A stretch of 64,000 nucleotides of DNA, taken from assembly GCA_965213925.1 (NCBI GenBank), contig OZ243927.1, forward strand, positions 2,336,001-2,400,000, in the 5' to 3' direction. Position 1 is the first letter of the stretch. Every line of letters starts with the position of its first letter. A model generated the notes under the pieces. The model saw only the letters and a program-made list of their open reading frames with translations, ran no database searches and had not been told where the DNA came from. This stretch comes from Trueperaceae bacterium (lineage in GTDB: Bacteria; Deinococcota; Deinococci; Deinococcales; Trueperaceae). Both the position numbers and the translations under genes were made by a program. Of this stretch, positions 1-8,336 are shown piece after piece.

Positions 1-11
1 AGCTCTAAGGG

Positions 12-956
12 ATGGAAGGCAAGGTCAAACCCCTCATCTACACGGCGCTCCTGGCGGTGTTGGCGTACGTAGGTTTCGCCATTTGGAACGGCTGGGACGA
101 GACCGTCGCGGCGATTTCGAAACTCGGCGTCGGCGGCATCGTCGCCATTCTGGGCTTGTCGCTCGTGAACTACGCGCTGCGCTTTGTGCGCTGGCAACTC
201 TATTTGTCACGCTTAGGGTACGAGGTGCCGCACTTCGCGTCGTTTCGCTACTACCTCGCGGGCTTCGCCTTCACGACGACGCCAGGCAAAGCGGGCGAGG
301 CGGTGCGCTCGGTGTACCTCAAGCGTCACGCCGTCCCCTACGCGCAGAGTTTGTCCGCGCTCTTCGTCGAGCGGCTTTCGGACCTCGCCGCCATCATTCT
401 TCTGTCCTCGCTCGGCGTGTGGTTTTTCGGCAAGTACTTCGTCTTCATCGTGCTGAGCGTCGCAGCGGTAGCGCTGCTCATCCTCGTGCTGCAGAGCCAA
501 AAGGCGAGAGTCTTTCTCCGCGACAGCGTTGTCCAACGCTTGCCTGATAAGCTGGCGCGACCCGCGGGGCACGCGCTGGACCTGATGGAGGCAGCACAAA
601 GCCTCCTCACGCCGCGCTACCTCTGGGGCGGCTTAGGGCTCAGTTTGCTCGCGTGGGGCGCGGAAGGGGTGGCGTTCTACCTCATCCTGGCGTGGATGGG
701 TCTGCCTGCTACCTTCGTCGCGGGCGTCGGCATCTACTCGCTCGGCGTGACGGTGGGGGCGTTGTCCTTTTTGCCGGGCGGCTTGGGCAGCACCGAAGCG
801 GTCATGGTGCTCCTGCTGCTAGCGCTAGACATCGGGCAAGCGGACGCCGGAGCTGCCGTGATTTTGTGCCGCCTGGCGACGCTCTGGTTCGCAGTTCTCA
901 TCGGGGCGGGGGTACTTTTGGGGCTCGAGCAGCCCAAGCAGGTGTCGCAAGCATAA
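12..956 (+). CDS. Lysylphosphatidylglycerol-synthase TM (flippase-like, UPF0104) membrane protein
   Basis: Multi-TM protein with TPGKAGE, ERLSD and LPGGLGSTE motifs typical of the family. Confidence 0.8.
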   Translation: MEGKVKPLIYTALLAVLAYVGFAIWNGWDETVAAISKLGVGGIVAILGLSLVNYALRFVRWQLYLSRLGYEVPHFASFRYYLAGFAFTTTPGKAGEAVRSVYLKRHAVPYAQSLSALFVERLSDLAAIILLSSLGVWFFGKYFVFIVLSVAAVALLILVLQSQKARVFLRDSVVQRLPDKLARPAGHALDLMEAAQSLLTPRYLWGGLGLSLLAWGAEGVAFYLILAWMGLPATFVAGVGIYSLGVTVGALSFLPGGLGSTEAVMVLLLLALDIGQADAGAAVILCRLATLWFAVLIGAGVLLGLEQPKQVSQA

Positions 957-978
957 CGTTTGGGGTAAGTCCGGGGGG

Positions 979-3021
979 ATGACGATGGTTTTATGGGGGC
1001 TGGTTTTACGGGGGCTGGGGCGCGCTAAACTGCGCTACTTTATCTACGTTTTAGCGGCGGGCTTCTCCGCCAGTTTTGCGGTGTGGTCGGTTCTGCACGC
1101 GCCGCAGCTCGCTCCTTTCGTTCTGAAGAATCAGCTTCCTTCAGGTGAGCGCGATGAACTTCTCCTTTATATAGGCGTCGGCGTAGTCGCCGCTTACGCT
1201 CTCTGGCTCGTTGCACCGCTCGTGCTTACAAGGGCGAAGGATGAAGTTGAGCACGTACTCGCACACGTTGCCGCTCAGCTTTCACTGCTCATCCCCACCA
1301 TTTTTCTACCTGCGCTTCTCCTGCCTAACTTTGGAAATGGGTACCGCTTTCTGACCTTTTTCTTGACCCTGTGCGCGAGCGGGCTTCTCTACGGGGCGGT
1401 TAGAGAGGTTCAGGGTACGAAACGCGCATTAGCCGGGGCTCGAGTTAGTGGACTCGAGGACGCGGGCAGAAACATGGATGAAGTTAAAGGCGGGGGTGAA
1501 GTTAAAGGCGAGGATGAAATTAAGGTTGGCGGCGAACCTACTAGACGGCGCTGGCGCGGAGTCGCCCTCATCTCCCTTCTGAGCCTTGGGTACGGCATGT
1601 ACTTCAGCGTCTTTACGGTCTCCAACCATAACGCCTTTCACACCCACGCCTTCGACTTGGGCATCTTCGACCAGGTGATGTACCACACCGTGCAGAGTGG
1701 CAAGATGCTCTTCACCGTCGTCCACGACCCGCCCGAGAGCTTCTGGAGCGTCCACTTCTCGCCCGCGCTCTACTTGCTCACGCCCTTCTACGCGCTCTAC
1801 CAGGACGCCCGCACGCTTCTCGTCCTGCAGAGTTTCTTGCTGGGCGCGGGCGCGGTCGTCCTCTACGCGCTCACGCTTCACCTCACTGGGCGCGCGCTGC
1901 TCGCGGGGGCGCTTAGCGTGAGCTACCTGCTCTCCGCTGCCCTGCACGGCGTCAATACCTTCCACTTTCACGAGGTGGCGCTCGCGCCGCTCTTCCTCCT
2001 GCTGACGCTCTATTGTCTCGAGACGGAGCGCCTGCCCCTCTTCTGGCTCTTCTTAGCGCTCTCGCTGCTCATCAAAGAGGATATCCCCTTGACGGGTGCA
2101 GCCCTCGGGCTCTATCTCCTCGCTAGAGGGCGCTACAAGCTGGGGCTCGCCGTGACGGTGACCTGCACAGTAGCCTTCTTCGCCATCGTGGAGGTGCTTA
2201 TCCCCCACTTCGGCAGCGGCAACTACAACCTCATAGCGGGGCGTTTTGGGGAGGTCGTGGCTCCCGGCTCGGAGGGCATCATAGGCGTGGTCAAAACGGG
2301 GCTGACCAACCCGCTCTATGTGCTCATTTATATCTTGAGCAATCCCCACAAGCTCGCGTACCTCGGCTACCTCTTCGTCCCCGTGCTCTTTTTGCCCCTC
2401 CTCGCGGGGCGGGCGTGGCTCGCTATCCTGCCCGCGCTCGCGACCGCGCTGCTCTCCTCGTTTCGGGGTCAGTTCGACATCGGCAACCAGTATTCCGCCG
2501 TAGTCATCCCGCTCGTGTTCTTTCTAGCGGCCAAAGGGATGAGCAAGGTGCCGCGCGCGCATCACGTGGGGCTCGCAGTGGCGCTCTTAGCCTCGAGCTT
2601 CCTCATGAACTACACCTACGGCAGACTGCCCCCCGCCGAGCTTTTCTCCACCGGTCGCCGTTCGGTCGTCCACGAGCCGACGCCCTTTCAGGGGAGAATT
2701 GATGAGATGTTAGCGCTTATTCCCCCCGACGTGAGCGCCGCCGCGACGGGCACCTTCGTGCCGCACCTTTCGACCAGGGACACCGTCAAGATGCTGCCGG
2801 GCGCGGGCGAGGCGGAGGTGGTGCTGATGGACCTGCGTCCGGGGGCGAACTACTGGCCTAGCTCGAGGGAAGCGGCGCTGGGCGCGCTTACTAAACTGCT
2901 CGAGTCGGGCAATTATGGCGTGCGCGATTACGACGCGGCTTGCTGTATCTTGTTGGAACGTGGGCAAAAAGCGGCGGGCGACGCTACAGACCGTGCTAAG
3001 GTTTTAGAGGGGCTCCCCTAA
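979..3021 (+). CDS. DUF2079 family membrane protein (GT-C-like) with extra N-terminal TM region
   Basis: FDLGIFDQ, HFSP, FHEVA and KED motifs; many TM segments. Confidence 0.75.
   Translation: MTMVLWGLVLRGLGRAKLRYFIYVLAAGFSASFAVWSVLHAPQLAPFVLKNQLPSGERDELLLYIGVGVVAAYALWLVAPLVLTRAKDEVEHVLAHVAAQLSLLIPTIFLPALLLPNFGNGYRFLTFFLTLCASGLLYGAVREVQGTKRALAGARVSGLEDAGRNMDEVKGGGEVKGEDEIKVGGEPTRRRWRGVALISLLSLGYGMYFSVFTVSNHNAFHTHAFDLGIFDQVMYHTVQSGKMLFTVVHDPPESFWSVHFSPALYLLTPFYALYQDARTLLVLQSFLLGAGAVVLYALTLHLTGRALLAGALSVSYLLSAALHGVNTFHFHEVALAPLFLLLTLYCLETERLPLFWLFLALSLLIKEDIPLTGAALGLYLLARGRYKLGLAVTVTCTVAFFAIVEVLIPHFGSGNYNLIAGRFGEVVAPGSEGIIGVVKTGLTNPLYVLIYILSNPHKLAYLGYLFVPVLFLPLLAGRAWLAILPALATALLSSFRGQFDIGNQYSAVVIPLVFFLAAKGMSKVPRAHHVGLAVALLASSFLMNYTYGRLPPAELFSTGRRSVVHEPTPFQGRIDEMLALIPPDVSAAATGTFVPHLSTRDTVKMLPGAGEAEVVLMDLRPGANYWPSSREAALGALTKLLESGNYGVRDYDAACCILLERGQKAAGDATDRAKVLEGLP
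1477..1531 (+). repeat. Three imperfect 18-bp in-frame tandem repeats (DEVKGG/GEVKGE/DEIKVG)
   Basis: gatgaagttaaaggcggg ggtgaagttaaaggcgag gatgaaattaaggttggc. Confidence 0.8.
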
Positions 3022-3116
3022 AGCCCAATCGTGCAACGCTTTACAATGTTAGCCTCCGACAACGTTGCGCGTCACTCACACGCTTATATTTAGAGCTATG
3101 GTAGCCTGGAGCCGAA

Positions 3117-3785
3117 ATGACTGAGACGAGCAAGCACGCAGATGTAGACATAGGTTCGCCTTCCGTTACGGTCATCGACCATCCGCTGATTCAACACAAG
3201 CTTTCCCTGCTGCGAGACAAGACGACCAACGTGCGCGACTTTCGCGCGCTCTGCACCGAGATCAGTATGCTCATGGCGTTCGAGGCGATGCGCGAGCTGC
3301 CCTTAGAGACGGTCACAGTCGAAACGCCTGTCGCGCCCGCTGACGTGCGCAAGCTGAGCGGCAAGAAGCTCGCGCTGGTGTGCGTGCTGCGCGCCGGGTT
3401 GGTCATGGTCGATGGTATCTTGAACCTTGTGCCGAACGCGCGCGTCGGGCACATCGGTCTCTACCGCGATCCGGAGACCTTGGAGCCCGTGGAGTACTAC
3501 CAGAAGCTCCCCCCCGACATCGCCGAGCGCGACGTTTTTTTGCTCGACCCGATGTTGGCGACAGGCGGCAGCGCCGCCGCTTCGGTTCAAGTTCTCAAAG
3601 CGTCAGGAGCTAAGCATATCCGCTTACTCTGCATCATCGCTGCACCTGAAGGTATCCAGGCTGTGCACGACGACCATCCCGAGGTGGAAATCGTGCTCGC
3701 CGCGAAGGACGAAAAACTCAACGATCACGGCTACATCGTGCCGGGGCTGGGCGACGCGGGCGACCGTATTTATGGGACACGTTAG
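3117..3785 (+). CDS. upp: Uracil phosphoribosyltransferase
   Basis: [37 protein letters not shown]. Confidence 0.97.
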   Translation: MTETSKHADVDIGSPSVTVIDHPLIQHKLSLLRDKTTNVRDFRALCTEISMLMAFEAMRELPLETVTVETPVAPADVRKLSGKKLALVCVLRAGLVMVDGILNLVPNARVGHIGLYRDPETLEPVEYYQKLPPDIAERDVFLLDPMLATGGSAAASVQVLKASGAKHIRLLCIIAAPEGIQAVHDDHPEVEIVLAAKDEKLNDHGYIVPGLGDAGDRIYGTR

Positions 3786-3859
3786 GTGGTATACATGCTT
3801 TACACAACTTCATCACATATCCTCTCGCTTTGGTGTAGAATCTCTCTGGACGTGAAGCG

Positions 3860-4945
3860 ATGAACGACTACCTTCCACTCGTCAGCATCACCTTCGTTAT
3901 GGCGCTCGTCGCCGTAGCGATGTTCGTACCTAAAGTCCAAGACTTCGCGCATAAGATCGGCGCGTTGCAGCGTGGTGGTGGACGGCGTGTCCATATAGGC
4001 GCAATCCCGAACATCGGCGGCATCGCGATCTTCGGCGGTTTCTTGATCGCACTTTTAGTTGGCAGCGTGATTAAACCCGGACTGCTCGACGCCTACCGCG
4101 TCGAGCTTTTGGCGATTCTCTTGGGCGGCGCGCTCATGACATTAGTCGGGTTCATCGATGACATTTGGGAGGTACCGCCGACCATGCGCCTCGCCACGCA
4201 GTTTGTAGCCGCGGGAATTCTCGTCGTCAACGGGGTCACGATCGACTACCTCACGAACTACTTTAGCTACTTTAGCGGCACGCCCCTGCTGGTCTTCGGG
4301 CAGACGCTTTCGGTGCTCGTGACCCTCCTCTGGGTCGTGGGTTTCACGAACGCCTTTAACTTCATCGACGGGCTCGACGGGCTCTCGTCGGGCATCGCCG
4401 CGATCGCGAGCCTCTCTTTGCTGACCGTTGCGATGCAGTTGCCGGGGGCGGGCGCGGCCGTGCTGCTACTCGCCGCCTTAGCGGGCTCGTCGCTGGGCTT
4501 TTTGCGGCACAACTTCAACCCCGCGAAAATTTACATGGGCGACTCGGGCGCGTACATGCTCGGTTACATCCTCGCTGCGACGAGCGTGCTCGGCACGCTT
4601 AAATTCACCGCGACGCTGACCGTCGTCGCGCCTATTTTGATTTTAGGCGTGCCCGTATTCAACATCGCCCAGGTAACGGTGCGGCGGCTCTCGAGGGGAA
4701 AAAGCCCCGCCCTAGCCGATAACGACCACCTGCACGACATCATCCGTTTGCAAAGTGGTTCAAAGCGTTTTACTGTGTTAGTACTATGGTTCACGACGCT
4801 CCTACTCGGCACCTGCGGCATGATGCTCTCACGCACGCCGCCCGAATTCATCTACCTCACGGTCATTGGCACGGTTGTGCTCATCGCGGGCGTCTGCTGG
4901 TTGCGACTGCGCGAAGTGTCTCGAGAGACGACCGCCACGGATTAG
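3860..4945 (+). CDS. wecA: Undecaprenyl-phosphate GlcNAc-1-phosphate transferase (WecA/TagO, MraY family)
   Basis: GFIDD, NAFNFIDGLDGL, FNPAKIYMGDSG, DxxHLH motifs. Confidence 0.85.
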   Translation: MNDYLPLVSITFVMALVAVAMFVPKVQDFAHKIGALQRGGGRRVHIGAIPNIGGIAIFGGFLIALLVGSVIKPGLLDAYRVELLAILLGGALMTLVGFIDDIWEVPPTMRLATQFVAAGILVVNGVTIDYLTNYFSYFSGTPLLVFGQTLSVLVTLLWVVGFTNAFNFIDGLDGLSSGIAAIASLSLLTVAMQLPGAGAAVLLLAALAGSSLGFLRHNFNPAKIYMGDSGAYMLGYILAATSVLGTLKFTATLTVVAPILILGVPVFNIAQVTVRRLSRGKSPALADNDHLHDIIRLQSGSKRFTVLVLWFTTLLLGTCGMMLSRTPPEFIYLTVIGTVVLIAGVCWLRLREVSRETTATD

Positions 4946-4952
4946 GGGGAGG

Positions 4953-6068
4953 ATGACCAAGCGCGTCTGCGTGGCTCTAGGCACACGCCCTGAAGCTTCG
5001 AAGATGGCCCCCGTCATCTACGCCTTACGCGAACAAGCGAACGTCACGCCGCTCCTGCTCGTCACGGGTCAGCAGCGTGAACAGCTCGAGCAGATGCTCA
5101 CGATTTTTGGTCTCATACCTGACGCCAATCTGAACGTGATGCGCGCTTCGCAGACCTTGGCCGACCTGATGGGGCGCATCGTCCCTGCCGCAGCCCAGGC
5201 GCTGCGCGAGCTGGCGGCGGATTACGTCTTGGTTCACGGGGACACCTTGACGACCTTCGCTGTATCTCTAGCTGCGTTCTTCGAAGGGATTCCCGTTGCC
5301 CACGTCGAGGCGGGGCTGCGCTCTTTTGACCTCACGCAGCCCTTTCCCGAAGAGGCGAACCGCCGCCTCACGAGCGTGCTGACCGACATGGATTTGCCGC
5401 CGACGCCCTGGGCGAGGCAGAACCTTACAGCCGAAGGCAAGGGGGACCCGATGGTCGTGACCGGCAACACGGCGGTCGACGCCGTGAAACACCTAGAGGC
5501 GAGAGCCGAGCTGCCCCCTCATCTGCCGAGCGACAAACTCGTCTACCTGACGATGCACCGCCGCGAGAATCTGCCCGTCATGCGCGGTCTCGCCGAGGCA
5601 ATCGCAGAGGTCGCCCTGGCTTTCCCCGACTACACCTTCGCCTATCCTGTGCACCTCAACCCTGCTGTGCGTAGAGCGATCTGCCCCGCCATGCAACCTG
5701 TTCCCAATATCGTCCTGGACGAACCTTACGACTTTCTGACCTCGCTCGCAGCTCAGAAACACGCGGCGCTTGTCATCACCGATTCGGGCGGCATCCAAGA
5801 GGAGGGCACGGCGCTCGGGGTGCCCGTGGTCGTGTTGCGCAACGTGACCGAGCGTCCCGAAGGGATCGAGGTGGGCGCGCTTAAACTCGCCGGGAACGAC
5901 CCTGCGAACGTGAAAGCGATTTTGATGGACCTGCTCGGGAACGAAGCGGCGCGCGCCGCCATGCGCCGAAAAGACAACCCTTACGGAGATGGTCAGGCGG
6001 GCAAACGCATCGCTCAGGCGACCGCGTGGCGCTTGGGGTTGGCTGAACGCCCTCGAGATTGGCGCTAG
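4953..6068 (+). CDS. wecB: UDP-N-acetylglucosamine 2-epimerase (non-hydrolysing)
   Basis: GTRPE, HGDT, HVEAGLRS, PEEANR, TDSGGIQEE, NPYGDG; start moved to ATG 4953 after a GGAGG SD. Confidence 0.93.
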   Translation: MTKRVCVALGTRPEASKMAPVIYALREQANVTPLLLVTGQQREQLEQMLTIFGLIPDANLNVMRASQTLADLMGRIVPAAAQALRELAADYVLVHGDTLTTFAVSLAAFFEGIPVAHVEAGLRSFDLTQPFPEEANRRLTSVLTDMDLPPTPWARQNLTAEGKGDPMVVTGNTAVDAVKHLEARAELPPHLPSDKLVYLTMHRRENLPVMRGLAEAIAEVALAFPDYTFAYPVHLNPAVRRAICPAMQPVPNIVLDEPYDFLTSLAAQKHAALVITDSGGIQEEGTALGVPVVVLRNVTERPEGIEVGALKLAGNDPANVKAILMDLLGNEAARAAMRRKDNPYGDGQAGKRIAQATAWRLGLAERPRDWR

Positions 6069-6093
6069 CCTGAATGCTAGAAAGATAGGAACG

Positions 6094-6693
6094 CTAAAAG
6101 ATAGGCTTGTCGCCTTTGAGTGAAGGCACGTGTTTGATCCCTACTGCCAAGGCAATAAACGCCGCACTCAAAGTGGCGAGTTGTAAGAATGGAGGCGGGT
6201 GCCCGGTGCGCTCGAGCACCAGAAAAACCGTTATAGGATAGAATAGCGCTAGCACCACCCCAGCCAATGCTACGCGCCTGAGCAGCAACACGAGCACGAT
6301 GAGGAGCGCGAACCCGCTCAGCCCGCCGAGCGGATAGATAGGTAGCGCTACCCCGAGCGTCGTGGCGAGCCCTTTACCGCCGCGAAAGCCGATGTAGGGC
6401 GACCAGATATGCCCCCACACCGCGCCGACGCCAGCGGCGAGACCGGCGCTCAGCGCTGCCGCCGCGAAAGACCCGACGAGAAGCCCTACATACGCCGCGA
6501 GAGCCCCTTTTCCCGCGTCGAGCACGAAGACGAGCAAACCCCACGTCCAGCCTAGATTCCGCGCCGTGTTCATCGCGCCGACGTTGCCCGAGCCGACCGC
6601 TTGGATGCGCGTGCCGCGCAGCCGCGCGATGATGTCGGCACTTGGAAACGCGCCGATGAGGTAGCCGAGTACGAGGGCAAGAAGGGTGCTCAT
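6094..6693 (-). CDS. plsY: Glycerol-3-phosphate acyltransferase PlsY
   Basis: GSGNVGAMNTAR, DAGKG, GH..FRGGKGLAT. Confidence 0.9.
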   Translation of the reverse strand: MSTLLALVLGYLIGAFPSADIIARLRGTRIQAVGSGNVGAMNTARNLGWTWGLLVFVLDAGKGALAAYVGLLVGSFAAAALSAGLAAGVGAVWGHIWSPYIGFRGGKGLATTLGVALPIYPLGGLSGFALLIVLVLLLRRVALAGVVLALFYPITVFLVLERTGHPPPFLQLATLSAAFIALAVGIKHVPSLKGDKPIF

Positions 6694-6696
6694 GTA

Positions 6697-7431
6697 TTAT
6701 GTATTAACGAGCGCCGTGTAACGCCGCAAATTCGTCAAGCTCTCGACCTCGCCGACGTGGTAGGCGAGGTAGCGCGACAAGAGGTTCCAGTGCGTAGGTC
6801 GTTCTGTTAAGGGCTCGTCTAAGACCTCGCGTACGGGGCGTTGATGTAACGTCCAGAGTTCGTCTACCACTTGCGCCGAGAGTTTCAACCCGACGCCGCA
6901 CGCTTCGCAGGTCAGCCCGCCCGAAGCGACGTCGAAGGTGAAGCCGACCTCGCGCTCGCCGCAGCGGACGCAGCGCGTTAAGCGCGGCGCTAAGCCCGCT
7001 TGCGCCAGGAGCCGCCAGCTCATCACGAGCGCCACCGCTTCGGGGTCGTCATGCCGCACCAAGCCGCGCAGCCCGCTCGCTAGGTAGCTGTAGATGCGCT
7101 CGCCTAAATGAACATCCACCGTGAGCTTGTCAGTCAGCTCGGCTAAGACGTGGGCATACGGGTAGATATCCGGGTCGCTCAGTTTCGGCAGTGCGCCGTT
7201 GAGCTGGACCTGCGTGATGAGCGCCAAATCCTCGTCCTGGCGGCGGTAGTGCTGCACGGTGACGTCATGAAATAAGCTCAGCTTGCCCAGGTTGCCGCCC
7301 ACGAGCTTGCCCTTACGCGCCACCCCGCGCCACTTGCCGTCTTCGGACAAAAGCGTGACAATGACGTCGCCGCTCGGCAGCTCAGAGCGGCGCAGCACGA
7401 TGCCCTCACGGACGCTGTAGCGTTTACTCAC
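6697..7431 (-). CDS. recO: DNA repair protein RecO
   Basis: N-terminal OB-fold pattern (EGIVLRR..D.IVTLLS..GK..GVARKG), CxxC..CxxC zinc finger. Confidence 0.92.
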   Translation of the reverse strand: MSKRYSVREGIVLRRSELPSGDVIVTLLSEDGKWRGVARKGKLVGGNLGKLSLFHDVTVQHYRRQDEDLALITQVQLNGALPKLSDPDIYPYAHVLAELTDKLTVDVHLGERIYSYLASGLRGLVRHDDPEAVALVMSWRLLAQAGLAPRLTRCVRCGEREVGFTFDVASGGLTCEACGVGLKLSAQVVDELWTLHQRPVREVLDEPLTERPTHWNLLSRYLAYHVGEVESLTNLRRYTALVNT

Positions 7432-7539
7432 CTCTCCATTTTACGCGCTGCGAGGGGTGAAGAACGTTGCGAGGGGAAGTGATCCGCCACGATAATCGTG
7501 AAGAGGGTTGTGGTGTCGTTCCTACTCAGCCTCAAATTC

Positions 7540-8310
7540 CTACGACCTCTCAAGCGCCCACCTTCCCGAGTGCTCCGACGTTACCTCTTTTCGCAAACGG
7601 TGTTTCGCTACGTAAGTTCGCGCCGCGCGGTAGAACAAAAACCACTGGATGAGCGCGAAGCAGTTGAAGACCAAGTCCGCCGACGATTCGGGAAGGGTAA
7701 CGTAAGAAAGGTCGGCTAAAAACCACGCTCCGGTGGCGGCGCTGATAAAGAGGAAGGGGCGCGTGAGGCTGGCGTCTCCCGAAAACCAGAATGCCAACGC
7801 TGGAACGAGCAGGGCGGCGCTTAAGTAGAGACCGGCGCTGTCGGCGATGGTGACGCCCATCTCGAGGCTAAAAATCAAGCCTAGAATGACGGCGACCAAG
7901 AAGACAACAGCGGCGATAAGCCCGACCACGTAGGTGAGAACCTCGAGGTAGAGCGCCCCGCGCATGCGGTCATACACGATAAAGAGCGCGACAGAGAGCG
8001 CGTACGCCCAAGGGATGACCTGCAAGGTGTAGAGGGTCGCGCCCAAAAACTCCAAGGGGAGCGGCACCTCGCCCACGACGCTCCCGTATACCCAAGCGAG
8101 GTTATGCAAGGTGATGACCGCCGCGGCTAACGCCATCGCCTTGATGCCGCGTTGCCAAGGCAGATTCTGACTCTTGTTCGCGAGCACGCAGAGCCTAAAC
8201 GCCGTGACGCCCAGAAGAAGTGTAAAGCTAAACTCGCTGACGAGTGATGAGACGACGCCGAAAAGCGTGAGCTTACCAATTAGAAAAACGGTGACATAAG
8301 CGAGGATCAT
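7540..8310 (-). CDS. Hypothetical polytopic membrane protein downstream of the c-di-GMP enzyme gene
   Basis: 256-aa ORF with about 7-8 hydrophobic segments, 26 bp after the upstream stop. Confidence 0.65.
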   Translation of the reverse strand: MILAYVTVFLIGKLTLFGVVSSLVSEFSFTLLLGVTAFRLCVLANKSQNLPWQRGIKAMALAAAVITLHNLAWVYGSVVGEVPLPLEFLGATLYTLQVIPWAYALSVALFIVYDRMRGALYLEVLTYVVGLIAAVVFLVAVILGLIFSLEMGVTIADSAGLYLSAALLVPALAFWFSGDASLTRPFLFISAATGAWFLADLSYVTLPESSADLVFNCFALIQWFLFYRAARTYVAKHRLRKEVTSEHSGRWALERS

Positions 8311-8336
8311 CTTCGACCTTTCTTTTGAAACGTGAG

